This document shows positions 48,234-58,493 of a stretch of DNA of 64,000 nt, one piece after another. The DNA is from Clostridia bacterium. GTDB lineage: Bacteria; Bacillota; Clostridia; Christensenellales; Aristaeellaceae. Location: the NCBI GenBank assembly GCA_017433405.1, contig JAFRHH010000010.1, forward strand, positions 464-64,463, in the 5' to 3' direction. The notes below the pieces were generated by a model. That model made no database searches. It was not told the origin of the DNA and saw nothing but the letters and a program-made list of their open reading frames with translations. Positions within the stretch are counted from its first letter, which is position 1. Every line of letters starts with the position of its first letter. The position numbers and the translations under genes were made by a program.

Positions 48234-48368
48234 TTCCGGGATTTCCAATTTTCGGAGTTACGATTCTCGAGTCAGGACGACATTCTGAAATTCTGGTGAA
48301 CTTCTTCCGGTTCCGGTTTCCGGATGATATAATGGTAGCCGATTTTGCAGGTAAAGGAAGTCGTCGTT

Positions 48369-49031
48369 TTGCCCAGGAACCTCTCCCCCGGCGGGAAAGC
48401 CCGCCCCGAACCGCCCCGCCGCTCGATTCTTGAGGAAGTCGGAAACGCGGTTACCCACGGCGTCGGCGCCCTGTTCGCCGTCGCCGGCCTGGTGCTCCTG
48501 CTCCTCAGGAGCCATATCCCGGCCCAGGTGGCCTCCTCCCTGGTCTATGGCATCTGTCTCGTGCTCATGTTTCTGATGAGCTGCCTGTACCATTCCTTTC
48601 CCTGGGGGTCCACCGTCAAGCGGGTCTGGCGCCGGTTCGACTATATCTCGATCTATCTGCTGATCGGCGGAACCTTTACGCCCCTGTGGCTCCTCCTCTG
48701 GGGGCCGCCCCAGGGCGTCTGGTTCTGCCTCGCCCTCTGGGCGGTGCTGACGGTGGGGATCGTCTTCGTGGCGGTCTTCGGTCCCGCCCGCTTTAAGCCC
48801 CTGCATATGACCCTTTATATCCTGCTGGGCTGGTGCGGGCTGATCTTCTTTCCCCGGATGCTGGAAAGAAGCACCGGGCTGTTCCTCTTTATTCTCGGGG
48901 GCGGCCTGCTCTACACCCTGGGGATCATTCCCTTCGCGAAGAAGCGCCCGGGGGCGCATTTTATCTGGCACTTCTTCGTTTTCTTCGGCGCCCTGGCTCA
49001 TTTTCTCGGAATTTACCTGTATCTCTACTGA
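48369..49031 (+). CDS. Hemolysin III / PAQR family membrane protein (start uncertain)
   Basis: EEVGNAVTHG, SCLYH, DYISIYLLIGGT, HFIWHFFV. Confidence 0.9.
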   Translation: MPRNLSPGGKARPEPPRRSILEEVGNAVTHGVGALFAVAGLVLLLLRSHIPAQVASSLVYGICLVLMFLMSCLYHSFPWGSTVKRVWRRFDYISIYLLIGGTFTPLWLLLWGPPQGVWFCLALWAVLTVGIVFVAVFGPARFKPLHMTLYILLGWCGLIFFPRMLERSTGLFLFILGGGLLYTLGIIPFAKKRPGAHFIWHFFVFFGALAHFLGIYLYLY

Positions 49032-49046
49032 AAGGAAGATGACCTG

Positions 49047-50798
49047 ATGATCAAAAAACTTGCTGCCCGGATCCGGCAGTACCGGAAGCAGACCGTCGCC
49101 ACCCCGCTGCTCATGGTGGGCGAGGTCGCCATGGAGGCCCTGATCCCCATGATCATGGCCTGGCTGGTGGACCGGGGAATCGAGCAGGGAAACCTGTCCT
49201 CGACGCTGCTCTACGGCGTGCTGCTGCTGGGAACGGCCTTCCTGTCCCTGTTCTTCGGAACCTGTTCCGGCCGGATGGCGGCCGTCGCCTCCTCCGGCTT
49301 CGCCCGGAACCTGCGGCACGACATGTACTATGCCATCCAGGATTTTTCCTTCTCCAACATCGACAAGTTCAGCACCTCCTCGATCATTACCCGGCTGACG
49401 ACGGACGTGACCAACGTCCAGAACGCCTTCCAGATGATCCTGCGGATGGCGGTCCGGGCGCCGCTGACGCTGATCTTTTCCATGATTATGGCCCTGTCCA
49501 TCAACGCCCGGATCTCGATGGTTTTCGTCGTCGCCCTTCCCTTCCTGGCCCTGGGGATCTATTTCATCATGTCCCGGACCCATCCGATCTTCCGCCGGGT
49601 GTTTAAAACCTACGATAAGCTGAACAACGTGGTTCAGGAGAACCTGCGGGGCATCCGGGTGGTGAAGTCCTTCGTCCGGGAGGATTACGAGGTCGACAAG
49701 TTCAATTCCATCTCTTCCTCTATCTATAAGGATTTTGTCCACGCGGAAAAGAACATCGCCTTCATGAGCCCGATGATGATGACCTGTATCTTTACGGTGA
49801 CCCTGATCATCTCCTGGCTCGGGGCGAAGGCGGTGGTCGCCTCCGGCAATAATCCCGCCCTTGGCATGACCACGGGCCAGCTGATGTCCCTGATTACCTA
49901 CGTGATCCAGATCCTCTCCAGCCTGATGATGGTTTCGATGGTTTTCATGATGATCATCATGTCCCGGGCCTCCGCCCAGCGGATTGTGGAGATCCTCGAT
50001 GAAACCCCGGATATCGTCTCACCGGAAAACGGCGTCACGACCATTCCCGACGGCTCCGTTGACTTTGACCACGTGCATTTCAGCTACGCCTCCCGCAGCG
50101 AGCGGGATACCCTGTCGGATATCGACCTGCATATTCCCTCCGGGGCGGTGGTCGGCATCCTCGGCGGTACCGGCAGCGGCAAGACCTCCCTGGTGCAGCT
50201 GATTCCCCGGCTCTATGATGTTGCTTCCGGCTCGGTCCGGGTCGGCGGCCGGGACGTCCGGGAATACGACCTGACGGCCCTGCGGGATTCCGTTGCCATG
50301 GTGCTCCAGAAGAACGAGCTCTTCAGCGGCACCATTAAGGAAAACCTGCGCTGGGGCAACGAACATGCCACCGACGAGGAGATCGTGGAAGCCTGCAAAC
50401 TCGCCCAGGCGGATTCCTTTATTCAGGATTTCCCGGAACGGTACGACGCCCATATCGAGCAGGGTGGCGCCAATGTTTCCGGCGGCCAGAAGCAGCGCCT
50501 GTGCATCGCCCGGGCCCTCCTGAAAAAGCCGAAGATCCTGATTCTCGACGACAGCACCAGCGCGGTGGATACCCGGACCGACGCCCTGATCCGCGCCGGC
50601 TTCCGCAGCTATATTCCGGATACGACCAAGATCATTATCGCCCAGCGGGTTTCCTCCGTCATGGACGCGGATCTGATCGTCGTGCTGGACAACGGCGCCA
50701 TCGCCGACGCGGGAACCCATGAGGAGCTGCTTTCCCGCTCCCCGATCTACCGCGATGTCTATGAATCCCAGACGAAGGGAGATGAGGATCATGAGTGA
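49047..50798 (+). CDS. ABC exporter permease/ATP-binding subunit
   Basis: ABC TM domain; GGTGSGKT, SGGQKQR, LDDSTS (degenerate site). Confidence 0.93.
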   Translation: MIKKLAARIRQYRKQTVATPLLMVGEVAMEALIPMIMAWLVDRGIEQGNLSSTLLYGVLLLGTAFLSLFFGTCSGRMAAVASSGFARNLRHDMYYAIQDFSFSNIDKFSTSSIITRLTTDVTNVQNAFQMILRMAVRAPLTLIFSMIMALSINARISMVFVVALPFLALGIYFIMSRTHPIFRRVFKTYDKLNNVVQENLRGIRVVKSFVREDYEVDKFNSISSSIYKDFVHAEKNIAFMSPMMMTCIFTVTLIISWLGAKAVVASGNNPALGMTTGQLMSLITYVIQILSSLMMVSMVFMMIIMSRASAQRIVEILDETPDIVSPENGVTTIPDGSVDFDHVHFSYASRSERDTLSDIDLHIPSGAVVGILGGTGSGKTSLVQLIPRLYDVASGSVRVGGRDVREYDLTALRDSVAMVLQKNELFSGTIKENLRWGNEHATDEEIVEACKLAQADSFIQDFPERYDAHIEQGGANVSGGQKQRLCIARALLKKPKILILDDSTSAVDTRTDALIRAGFRSYIPDTTKIIIAQRVSSVMDADLIVVLDNGAIADAGTHEELLSRSPIYRDVYESQTKGDEDHE

Positions 50799-52758
50799 AA
50801 AGAAGCTGGCTCCCAAGGCGCCCCAGGCCGTCGTCACCGGCGGCGGTCCCCGCGGGCCCCGTGCCATGGGCCCCCGTCAGCCGATTCAGAAAAGGACGGT
50901 GCTCCGGCTCATGACCTATCTGAAGCCCTTCTGGCCCCGGCTGATCCTGGTGCTTCTGTGCATTATCATCAATGCCGTCGCCACCGCCTCCGCGGCAACC
51001 TTCCTCGGCCGGATTATCGATGACCATATTACGCCCCTGCTGCGGGAGGCCAATCCGGATTACAGCGGGCTCCTCGCCACCATTTTGCAGATGGCGGCCC
51101 TCTATGCCCTGGCCATCGTCGCGGTCTTCGTCCAGGGCCGGGTCATGGCCGTTGTCGCCCAGAGCGTGCTCCGGACCGTCCGGGATCAGATGTTTGCCCA
51201 TATGCAGACCCTGCCGATCCGGTATTTCGACACCAATACCTACGGCGACGTCATGAGCCATTATACCAACGATACCGATACCCTGCGCCAGATGGTCAGC
51301 CAGGTTCTGCCCCAGAGCATCTCCTCCCTGATTACCCTGCTGGTGGTCTTTATCTCCATGCTGAGCTGCAGCGTCTGGCTGACGCTGCTGGTGATCCTCT
51401 CGACCTTCTTTATGATCGGCGTCACCGCGAAGATCGGCGGCGGGAGCGCCCGCTATTTCGTGAAGCAGCAGACCTCCCTGGCCGCCTTGAACGGCTTCGT
51501 CGAGGAGATGATCAACGGCCAGAAGGTGGTCAAGGTCTTTAACCACGAGCCCGCCGCCAGGGAGGATTTCGACCGGAAGAACGATGAGCTCTGCGAAAAC
51601 GCGACAGAGGCCAACAAGCTGGCCAATATTCTCGGCCCGGTCAGCAACAACCTCGGCCATATTCAGTATGTGATCCTGGCCATCGTCGGCGGCGCCCTGG
51701 CCATCGGCGGCGTGCCAAATCTGAGCCTCGGCGGCATGGGCACCCTGACCCTGGGCAATATCGCCGCCTTCCTGACCCTGTCCCGGAACTTTATGCAGCC
51801 CGTCAGCCAGATGACCCAGCAGATTAACTTCATCGCCATGGCCCTGGCCGGCGCCAGCCGGATCTTCGCCCTGATGGACGAGCCCTCCGAAGAGGACAAC
51901 GGCTACGTCCGCCTGGTCAACGCGAAGGAGGAAAACGGCGTCCTGACGGAGGCCGAGGGGCATACCGGCCTTTGGGCCTGGAAGCATCCCCATTCCGCCG
52001 ACGGCTCCGTCACCTATACCCGCCTCCAGGGGGACGTGGTCATGGAGCAGGTGGACTTCGCCTACGATCCGGAAAAGCCCGTCCTGCATGATATCTCCCT
52101 CTATGCCCGCCCGGGCCAGAAGGTCGCTTTCGTCGGCGCCACCGGGGCCGGCAAGACCACCATTACGAACCTGATCAACCGCTTCTACGATATCGCCGAC
52201 GGCAAGATCCGCTACGACGGGATCAATATCAACAAAATCCGGAAGCCGGATCTGCGCAGCTCCCTGGGGGTGGTTCTGCAGGATGTCAACCTCTTTACCG
52301 GCACCGTCATGGATAACATCCGTTACGGCAAGCTGACCGCCACCGACGAGGAGTGCATCGCCGCCGCGAAGCTGGCCAACGCCGATGATTTTATTACCCG
52401 CCTGCCGGATGGCTATCAGACGGTTCTCAAGGGGGACGGCAGCGGCCTGAGCCAGGGCCAGCGCCAGCTGATTTCCATCGCCCGGGCGGCGGTCGCCGAT
52501 CCGCCGGTCATGATCCTCGACGAGGCCACCTCCTCGATCGATACCCGGACCGAGGCCCTGGTCCAGAAGGGCATGGATCAGCTGATGGAGGGCCGGACGG
52601 TCTTCGTCATCGCCCACCGGCTGTCCACCGTGAAGAACAGCGACGTCATTATGGTGCTCGACCACGGCCGCATCATCGAGCGGGGCAGCCACGACCAGCT
52701 GATCGCCGAGAAGGGCCAGTATTACCAGCTCTACACCGGCGCCTTCGAGCTGGAATAA
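50791..52758 (+). CDS. ABC exporter permease/ATP-binding subunit (heterodimer partner)
   Basis: GATGAGKT, LSQGQRQ, LDEATS, IAHRLST. Confidence 0.93.
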   Translation: MSEKKLAPKAPQAVVTGGGPRGPRAMGPRQPIQKRTVLRLMTYLKPFWPRLILVLLCIIINAVATASAATFLGRIIDDHITPLLREANPDYSGLLATILQMAALYALAIVAVFVQGRVMAVVAQSVLRTVRDQMFAHMQTLPIRYFDTNTYGDVMSHYTNDTDTLRQMVSQVLPQSISSLITLLVVFISMLSCSVWLTLLVILSTFFMIGVTAKIGGGSARYFVKQQTSLAALNGFVEEMINGQKVVKVFNHEPAAREDFDRKNDELCENATEANKLANILGPVSNNLGHIQYVILAIVGGALAIGGVPNLSLGGMGTLTLGNIAAFLTLSRNFMQPVSQMTQQINFIAMALAGASRIFALMDEPSEEDNGYVRLVNAKEENGVLTEAEGHTGLWAWKHPHSADGSVTYTRLQGDVVMEQVDFAYDPEKPVLHDISLYARPGQKVAFVGATGAGKTTITNLINRFYDIADGKIRYDGININKIRKPDLRSSLGVVLQDVNLFTGTVMDNIRYGKLTATDEECIAAAKLANADDFITRLPDGYQTVLKGDGSGLSQGQRQLISIARAAVADPPVMILDEATSSIDTRTEALVQKGMDQLMEGRTVFVIAHRLSTVKNSDVIMVLDHGRIIERGSHDQLIAEKGQYYQLYTGAFELE

Positions 52759-52786
52759 GAGGATCCGGCTGCGGAAGATCCGGCTG

Positions 52787-52824
52787 ACAAAAGCCCCGGC
52801 GGAGCTCATCCGCGGGGGATTTTG
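52787..52824. terminator. Bidirectional terminator between convergent genes
   Basis: ACAAAAGCCCCGGCGGA...TCCGCGGGGATTTTGT imperfect inverted repeat. Confidence 0.6.
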
Positions 52825-52846
52825 TCGCCATGATCTTTTCCGATCC

Positions 52847-53506
52847 TCAGGCCTTCTGTGAATCCAGGAACTTATAAACCACCGCGGCCACCGCGCCGCC
52901 CACCAGCGGAGCCAGCAGGAACACCCAGATGCCGGACAGGTTGCCCGCGATCAGGGCCGGTCCGAAGGAGCGGGCGGGGTTCACGGAAGTCCCGGTAAAG
53001 GGGATGCCCAGCAGGTGCACCAGCACCAGGGAGAGGCCGATCACCAGGCCCGCCACGCTGCTGTTTTCCTTCCTGGAAGTAACCCCCAGGATCGCGAGCA
53101 CAAACACGAAGGTCAGAATGCACTCGATGGCGAAGCTCATCATGGCGCTGCCGTTGTAGAGGGCGTTGGTTCCAAGCTTCGTGGCGTCCTTGACGATGAA
53201 GTTCAGGATCGCGGCGCCGCCGATCGCTCCGAGGAACTGGGCCACGATATAGCCGCAGAAATCCTTGACGGTCATCTTTCCGCTGACCAGCATCGCGATG
53301 GACACGGCGGGATTGATGTGGCACCCGGAGACATTGCCGATGGAATAGGCCATCGCCACGATCACCAGGCCGAAGGCCAGGGCCGTAATCAGATGGCCGG
53401 CTGTCCCGTTGGCCGGCGTGCACTCCTGACCGGCCACGCCGCAGGCGAAGAGCACCAGCACCAGCGTGCCGATAAATTCCGCGCAGTACTTCTTCATGTC
53501 TTTCAT
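52847..53506 (-). CDS. Aquaporin (MIP family)
   Basis: Two NPA motifs (HINPAV, SVNPAR). Confidence 0.95.
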   Translation of the reverse strand: MKDMKKYCAEFIGTLVLVLFACGVAGQECTPANGTAGHLITALAFGLVIVAMAYSIGNVSGCHINPAVSIAMLVSGKMTVKDFCGYIVAQFLGAIGGAAILNFIVKDATKLGTNALYNGSAMMSFAIECILTFVFVLAILGVTSRKENSSVAGLVIGLSLVLVHLLGIPFTGTSVNPARSFGPALIAGNLSGIWVFLLAPLVGGAVAAVVYKFLDSQKA

Positions 53507-53622
53507 GTTCTTTCTTCCTCCTTTTTTGCTGACTGTTTTTCAGCCCGGGGTATTGTACCCCGTTTTCCAGTATTTTGCAATAGTTCGTACCGCTTTTGCC
53601 CTCCGGGCCCGCCCCGCCGGGC

Positions 53623-55311
53623 TCACCGGATCGCCAGCAGCTCCGGATGATCCCCGACCATCTGGTCAATCCGCTGCTCCAGGTTCTCCTGAATGCTCTG
53701 AACCGTCAGCATGAAGGTCGGTTCCGTGGAGGAAGGAATCTGGGTTACCCGGGCGGAATACCACCTGCTCTTCTGATCCGGCCTCCCCAGCTTCATCCGG
53801 AACAGGCTCTGAATGCACTTCTGATGGCTCTTTTCAACGCGCTCCGGCATGGTGCTGAAATCCAGGAACCGCAGATACCGGGCCTGATCCATCATGTCCA
53901 CTTCCGCCTCGCAGAATTTCTTCAGGCTCCGCTCCATGCTGGTCTCCCGGTCGTATTCCGGCATGTTGTTGGAGGTAAAAACCCGCTTGGCCGCGTCTCT
54001 CTCCGGATAGAACATCACCACCAGGTCGTAGGTGGTCAGCAGCGCGCTGGAGCTTTTCAGCATCTCCCCGGCGGTTTCCACCTCCCGCTCCGAATCGAAG
54101 GTGTTCAGGCGCATCAGGATCATGGCCCGCCCTTCCCTTCTGGCGATAAACAGCGCGCTGAGCCGGAAATAAACGTCCTTATAGGCGTACTCCACCGTCT
54201 GGATCTCCCCGCTCTTCAGCGCGTCCAGCACGAGCTTGCGGATCATCAGATACTGGTAGCTGCGCTGGTTGGACAGGGCGCTTTCCACGCCGCCCACGGT
54301 GGCGAAGCCCAGCTCCCGAAGCCGCTCCCGGTATCCCTCCGTGGCATAAATATACTTGAAATCATCCCGGGTGCATTCCACCAGGGCGATCGATCCGTCA
54401 TAGCTGCTGACCCGGGCGCTCAGATTCGTCAGGGTCACGCGCCTTTCCGCGAATTCCTTCATCGGGTTCGGGTTAACGAAATTGACCCGCCCGATCCGGT
54501 TCCAGTAATCGACTTCCTCCGGCTTTTCCACGATCTCCGGTTTCCGATCAATCATTTCCAGGAACGCGTCCCGGGCCATCGGCCTCGCGTAATAGAAGCC
54601 CTGCTGCGCCTCGCAGCCAAGGGCCAGCAGAAATTCGCGCTGCTCGTCGGTCTCCACGCCTTCCGCCAGCGTATGGATCTCCAGGGACTTGGCCATGCTG
54701 ATCATTGAGGCCAGCATTTCCTTTCCCCGGAAGCTCAGCTCCCGCAGGAAAAGCATATCAAATTTGATGACGTCGAAGCTGTAATTCTGCAGGACGTTCA
54801 GGGAGGAGTATCCGCTTCCGAAATCGTCGAGCCAGACGGAAAACCCCGCGTCCCGAAAATGCCGGAAGACCTTTTCAAAGGTTTCCGGATCCTCGATCAT
54901 CAGGCTTTCCGTGATCTCCAGCTTGATCGCGTCGTGAGGCACCCGATGGGCCTTCAGGATGCCGCACACCTTTTCGAACAGATCCGCATGGGAAAAATCC
55001 TGCCTGGAGAGGTTGACGGACAGCCCCGCCACGGGCGTCCCGCGGCGGCGGCACTCCTCATACAGGGCGCAGGCCTGGCGAAGGATCTCCATATCCAGCT
55101 CAAAAATATGTCCGTTCTCCTCCAGCGTCGGAATAAACTCCGCCGGGGAAATCATCCTCCCCGAGGGGTCAAACCATCTCGCCAGGGCCTCCGCGGCAAA
55201 AAACCGCTGGTTCAGCGACCGGTATACCGGCTGAAAAAAGGCCCGGATCCGCCCGCCTTCGATCGCCTCCTGAAATTCCGCCAGGAAATTAGCGTCTTTT
55301 AAAGAATTCAT
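53623..55311 (-). CDS. EAL-domain c-di-GMP phosphodiesterase with uncharacterised C-terminal domains
   Basis: EALARW, LEITES, DDFGSGYSS, AEGVET, QGFYY. Start MNSLK follows the repeat-borne GAGGAG. Confidence 0.9.
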   Translation of the reverse strand: MNSLKDANFLAEFQEAIEGGRIRAFFQPVYRSLNQRFFAAEALARWFDPSGRMISPAEFIPTLEENGHIFELDMEILRQACALYEECRRRGTPVAGLSVNLSRQDFSHADLFEKVCGILKAHRVPHDAIKLEITESLMIEDPETFEKVFRHFRDAGFSVWLDDFGSGYSSLNVLQNYSFDVIKFDMLFLRELSFRGKEMLASMISMAKSLEIHTLAEGVETDEQREFLLALGCEAQQGFYYARPMARDAFLEMIDRKPEIVEKPEEVDYWNRIGRVNFVNPNPMKEFAERRVTLTNLSARVSSYDGSIALVECTRDDFKYIYATEGYRERLRELGFATVGGVESALSNQRSYQYLMIRKLVLDALKSGEIQTVEYAYKDVYFRLSALFIARREGRAMILMRLNTFDSEREVETAGEMLKSSSALLTTYDLVVMFYPERDAAKRVFTSNNMPEYDRETSMERSLKKFCEAEVDMMDQARYLRFLDFSTMPERVEKSHQKCIQSLFRMKLGRPDQKSRWYSARVTQIPSSTEPTFMLTVQSIQENLEQRIDQMVGDHPELLAIR

Positions 55312-55320
55312 GATTGTATT

Positions 55321-55403
55321 CTCCTCTGTGAACGGCAGTTCACGCCTGACATTCTTTCCGGATGACGATTTTGGTACGCGCCCACGCCTGAGCAAATCGC
55401 GGA
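55321..55403 (-). repeat. Dispersed repeat copy R11 (in the 5' UTR; supplies the RBS)
   Basis: ctcctctgtgaacggcagttcacgcctgacattctttccggatgacgattttggtac. Confidence 0.9.
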
Positions 55404-55443
55404 TGGACTCCATTCCCCGCGTTATTGTTTTCCTTCTTGGCAT

Positions 55444-55472
55444 ATCTTAACAGAAAAAAGCGATTCCGTCAA
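55444..55472 (-). promoter_or_regulatory. Sigma-A promoter of the EAL gene
   Basis: TTGACG-17 bp-TAAGAT. Confidence 0.65.
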
Positions 55473-55510
55473 ATGTCAGAAATTGACATTTCAGGCCTTT
55501 CCTGTTTCCG

Positions 55511-55548
55511 CCGTGAACTCCGTTCACGTCCGCCATGCTGTCCGGATG
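55511..55548 (-). repeat. Dispersed repeat copy R12 (partial)
   Basis: ccgtgaactccgttcacgtccgccatgctgtccggatg. Confidence 0.75.
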
Positions 55549-55587
55549 CGCGCCTCACAGGCGCTTCTCCCGGTCAGAGCCAGCTGT

Positions 55588-55624
55588 AAAAAAGAAGGCA
55601 CGGACAGACCTCTCCGTCCGTGCC
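55588..55624 (-). terminator. Terminator after xylA
   Basis: GGCACGGACGGA...TCTGTCCGTGCC followed by TTCTTTTTT on the minus strand. Confidence 0.8.
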
Positions 55625-55639
55625 CCGGGTCATTTCTTT

Positions 55640-56959
55640 TTATCCAAACATCACTTCGTTCATGATCTGCTCCAGCAGCTCCTGCCTTCCGGATTCGGGG
55701 CAGGCCGGCTTCTTCATCTGGGCGGCGCAGCCGGCGAGCTCTTCCAGCGTGGCCGTATGGTTCCGGATCTTCCTGCCGATCTCCGTGGTTTCATAGCTGG
55801 CGTAGCGATCCCTGAGCGCCTTCTCGATCCGGCCGTCCTCGATGATCTCAGCCGCCTTGATCAGGCCCAGAGCGAAGGTGTCCATCCCCAGAATATAGCC
55901 GTGGAACATGTCCTCGAAGGTGTTGGAGGGGCGGCGGTTCTTGGAATCGAAGTTGAAGCCGCCGGGGATGCCGCCCGCCTTCAGGATTTCATACATCGCC
56001 AGGGTGGTTTCGTAAACGTTGAAGGGGAACTCATCCGTGTCCCAGCCCAGGAGCATGTCTCCCTGGTTGGCGTCCACGGAGCCCAGCATGCCGTTCATGG
56101 CGCTGACCCGCAGCTCGTGCTGGAAGGTGTGCCCCGCCAGGGTCGCGTGGTTGGCTTCGATATTCATCTTGAAATCCTTGTCCAGCCCGTACTGCCGCAG
56201 GAAGCCGATCGCGGTGGCGGCATCGAAGTCATACTGATGCTTCATGGGCTCCTTGGGCTTGGGCTCGATCAGGAAATCACCCTTGAAGCCGATGGACCGG
56301 CCGTAATCCACCGCCATGCGCATAAGGCTGGCGATGTTTTCCTGCTCCAGCTTCATATCGGTATTCAAAAGGGTTTCATAGCCTTCCCGGCCGCCCCAGA
56401 ACACATAGCCCCGGCCGCCCAGCTTCACGGTGATCTCCAGCGCCTTTTTGATCTGAGCCGCGGCGAAGCAGTAGACCTCGGGGGAGTTGGTGCTTCCGGC
56501 GCCGTTCATGAAGCGGGGATTGTTGAACATATTGGCGGTGCCCCACAGGCACTTGATATTCGTCCCCTTCGTCTTCTCCAGAATATAGTCGGAAATCTCG
56601 TCCAGTCGGGCGTTGGTCACGTTGATATCCTCCGGATCCTCCGGCACCAGATCCACGTCGTGGAAGCAGTAGTATCCGATCCCGAGCTTCTTCATGAACT
56701 CGATACCGGCATCCACCTTGGCTTTGGCGTGTTCCATGGTTCCGGGCGCGGCGCCGAAGGTCTTGTCAGCCGTCCCCTCGCCGAACATATCCCTGCCGTT
56801 GGCGCAAAGGTTATGCCACCAGGCCATGGCGAAGGGCAGATGCTCCTTCATCTTCTTCCCCAGAATCACCCGTTCGGGATCATAATACTTGAAGGCATAG
56901 GGGTCCTTGCATTTGGGGCCCTGATAGGTTACCTGCGGAATGCTGTCAAAAAAGCCCAT
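55640..56959 (-). CDS. xylA: Xylose isomerase (class II)
   Basis: [37 protein letters not shown]. Confidence 0.96.
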   Translation of the reverse strand: MGFFDSIPQVTYQGPKCKDPYAFKYYDPERVILGKKMKEHLPFAMAWWHNLCANGRDMFGEGTADKTFGAAPGTMEHAKAKVDAGIEFMKKLGIGYYCFHDVDLVPEDPEDINVTNARLDEISDYILEKTKGTNIKCLWGTANMFNNPRFMNGAGSTNSPEVYCFAAAQIKKALEITVKLGGRGYVFWGGREGYETLLNTDMKLEQENIASLMRMAVDYGRSIGFKGDFLIEPKPKEPMKHQYDFDAATAIGFLRQYGLDKDFKMNIEANHATLAGHTFQHELRVSAMNGMLGSVDANQGDMLLGWDTDEFPFNVYETTLAMYEILKAGGIPGGFNFDSKNRRPSNTFEDMFHGYILGMDTFALGLIKAAEIIEDGRIEKALRDRYASYETTEIGRKIRNHTATLEELAGCAAQMKKPACPESGRQELLEQIMNEVMFG

Positions 56960-57055
56960 GTTTTTTGTCCTCCTTCTCCCCGTTCCGGGATATTAAATCG
57001 TTCGCTACTCTTATTATATCGATTTCGCCCCTTTTTTCAACCTGCAAATTCCAGG

Positions 57056-57134
57056 GTCGCACAAGTCGCACAAGGGGACGGTCCTTTTGAGTCGCACAAG
57101 GGGACGGTGCGCACAAGGGGACGGTCCTTTTGTG
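57056..57134. repeat. Tandem cluster of CGCACAAGGGGACGGT units (REP-like)
   Basis: Three copies at 57067, 57093 and 57110 plus a GTCGCACAA half unit; shares the GGGGACGGT core with 29431-29471. Confidence 0.85.
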
Positions 57135-57312
57135 TTTGTGACAGGATTCCAATAGGCTAAAACAGTTCAGGATTTTGTGCAATTTGGCCGAAACGCATGC
57201 CTTGATAACGATGTTTCTCTTATGATAAAATGAAATGATTCGGAACGGAAGGCAGTCGTCCTCATCCCGATATCGGTCCGGCATCAAGACGAAACGGAAA
57301 GGCCTGGAATCA

Positions 57313-58215
57313 ATGGATGTTTTTATCAGGATTCTGATCATCCTCGGCGCGGCAAACATGGTGGTCAACATCTACCGTTACGGTGTTTTTCTGCGCTCTT
57401 CCCAGGACGTGCTCTCCTCCGGCCGGAAGCGGGATAAGTTCTGGATGAATCTGGCCCTGGTGCTGCTGATCTTCTTCCTGATGGGCTACCTGTTTGTTGC
57501 GTTCACCTCAGCGCCTAACCTGATGATGGCCTTCATCCTCTTCTTCGGCAGCGTCTTCGTCTCGATCGTGGAAACGCTGATGTTCAAACTGATCGAAACA
57601 GCGAAGGAGCGAAGCATCGACGTGGCCGAGGTGCTCGTCGGCGTCATCGACGCCCGGGATCCTTATCTCAACGGCCACAGCCAGCATGTTCAGGCGCTGA
57701 CCATGCTGTTCTACCGCTATCTTCCGAAGCACATCAAAAAGGATCTGAACCCCGTCAGCCTCGAATATGCCGCCCTCCTCCACGATGTCGGAAAGCTGGG
57801 CGTGCCGGAGTCGATCCTGAACAAGCCCGCCAAACTCAATCCGGAGGAATGGGAAGTGGTGGTGACCCATCCGGAAGTCGGCGTCAGAATCCTGAAGCCG
57901 CTGCATTCCTTCGACAATATTCGGGACTGGATCCTGTATCACCATGAGCGTGTGGACGGAAAGGGATATTACAAGCTGAAGGCGGATGAGATTCCCCTGG
58001 CCGCCCGGATCATCGCCATTACCGATACCTACTCCGCCATCCGGATGCAGCGCTCCTACAAGGACGCGAAAACCTATGAGGAAGCCATGGCCATTATTAA
58101 AGAGGTGGGCGGCACCCAGCTGGATCAGGAGCTGCTGGATATCTTCGTCAATATCCCAAAGGAAGAGCTCGAAAAATGCATGCCGAAAAAGGTGAATTAT
58201 CATGTGGAGCCGTAA
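57313..58215 (+). CDS. Membrane-bound HD-GYP domain protein
   Basis: Three N-terminal TMs; HDVGK, HHERVDGKGYY, ARIIAITD. Confidence 0.9.
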   Translation: MDVFIRILIILGAANMVVNIYRYGVFLRSSQDVLSSGRKRDKFWMNLALVLLIFFLMGYLFVAFTSAPNLMMAFILFFGSVFVSIVETLMFKLIETAKERSIDVAEVLVGVIDARDPYLNGHSQHVQALTMLFYRYLPKHIKKDLNPVSLEYAALLHDVGKLGVPESILNKPAKLNPEEWEVVVTHPEVGVRILKPLHSFDNIRDWILYHHERVDGKGYYKLKADEIPLAARIIAITDTYSAIRMQRSYKDAKTYEEAMAIIKEVGGTQLDQELLDIFVNIPKEELEKCMPKKVNYHVEP

Positions 58216-58493
58216 AGTCATATCGCTCGGCCAAAAGCATCTTTCAGTGAAATGAATGAGCAATCGGTCGTCTTATTCACATAACCCGCTTCATCCACCC
58301 CGCACTCCTTTGGCCGTCTTCCGCTGTTTCTCTTTCGTTCATTATACAGAAAAGGCCTTCGAAGCACAAGGACAGCGCAATGGTCCTGGGGATGATCCAG
58401 CGGGACGGTTCCTCCGGGCCAAAGTCTTTCACTACCTGAATTGTTATGATGGTTCAATTCGGGCAAGATGCCGTGAGCGGATTTCTTTCTCGC

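Noticed and set aside
57056-57134. Direct repeats as a mini-CRISPR
   Set aside because: The units are 16 bp with 1-10 nt gaps, too short and irregular for a CRISPR array.
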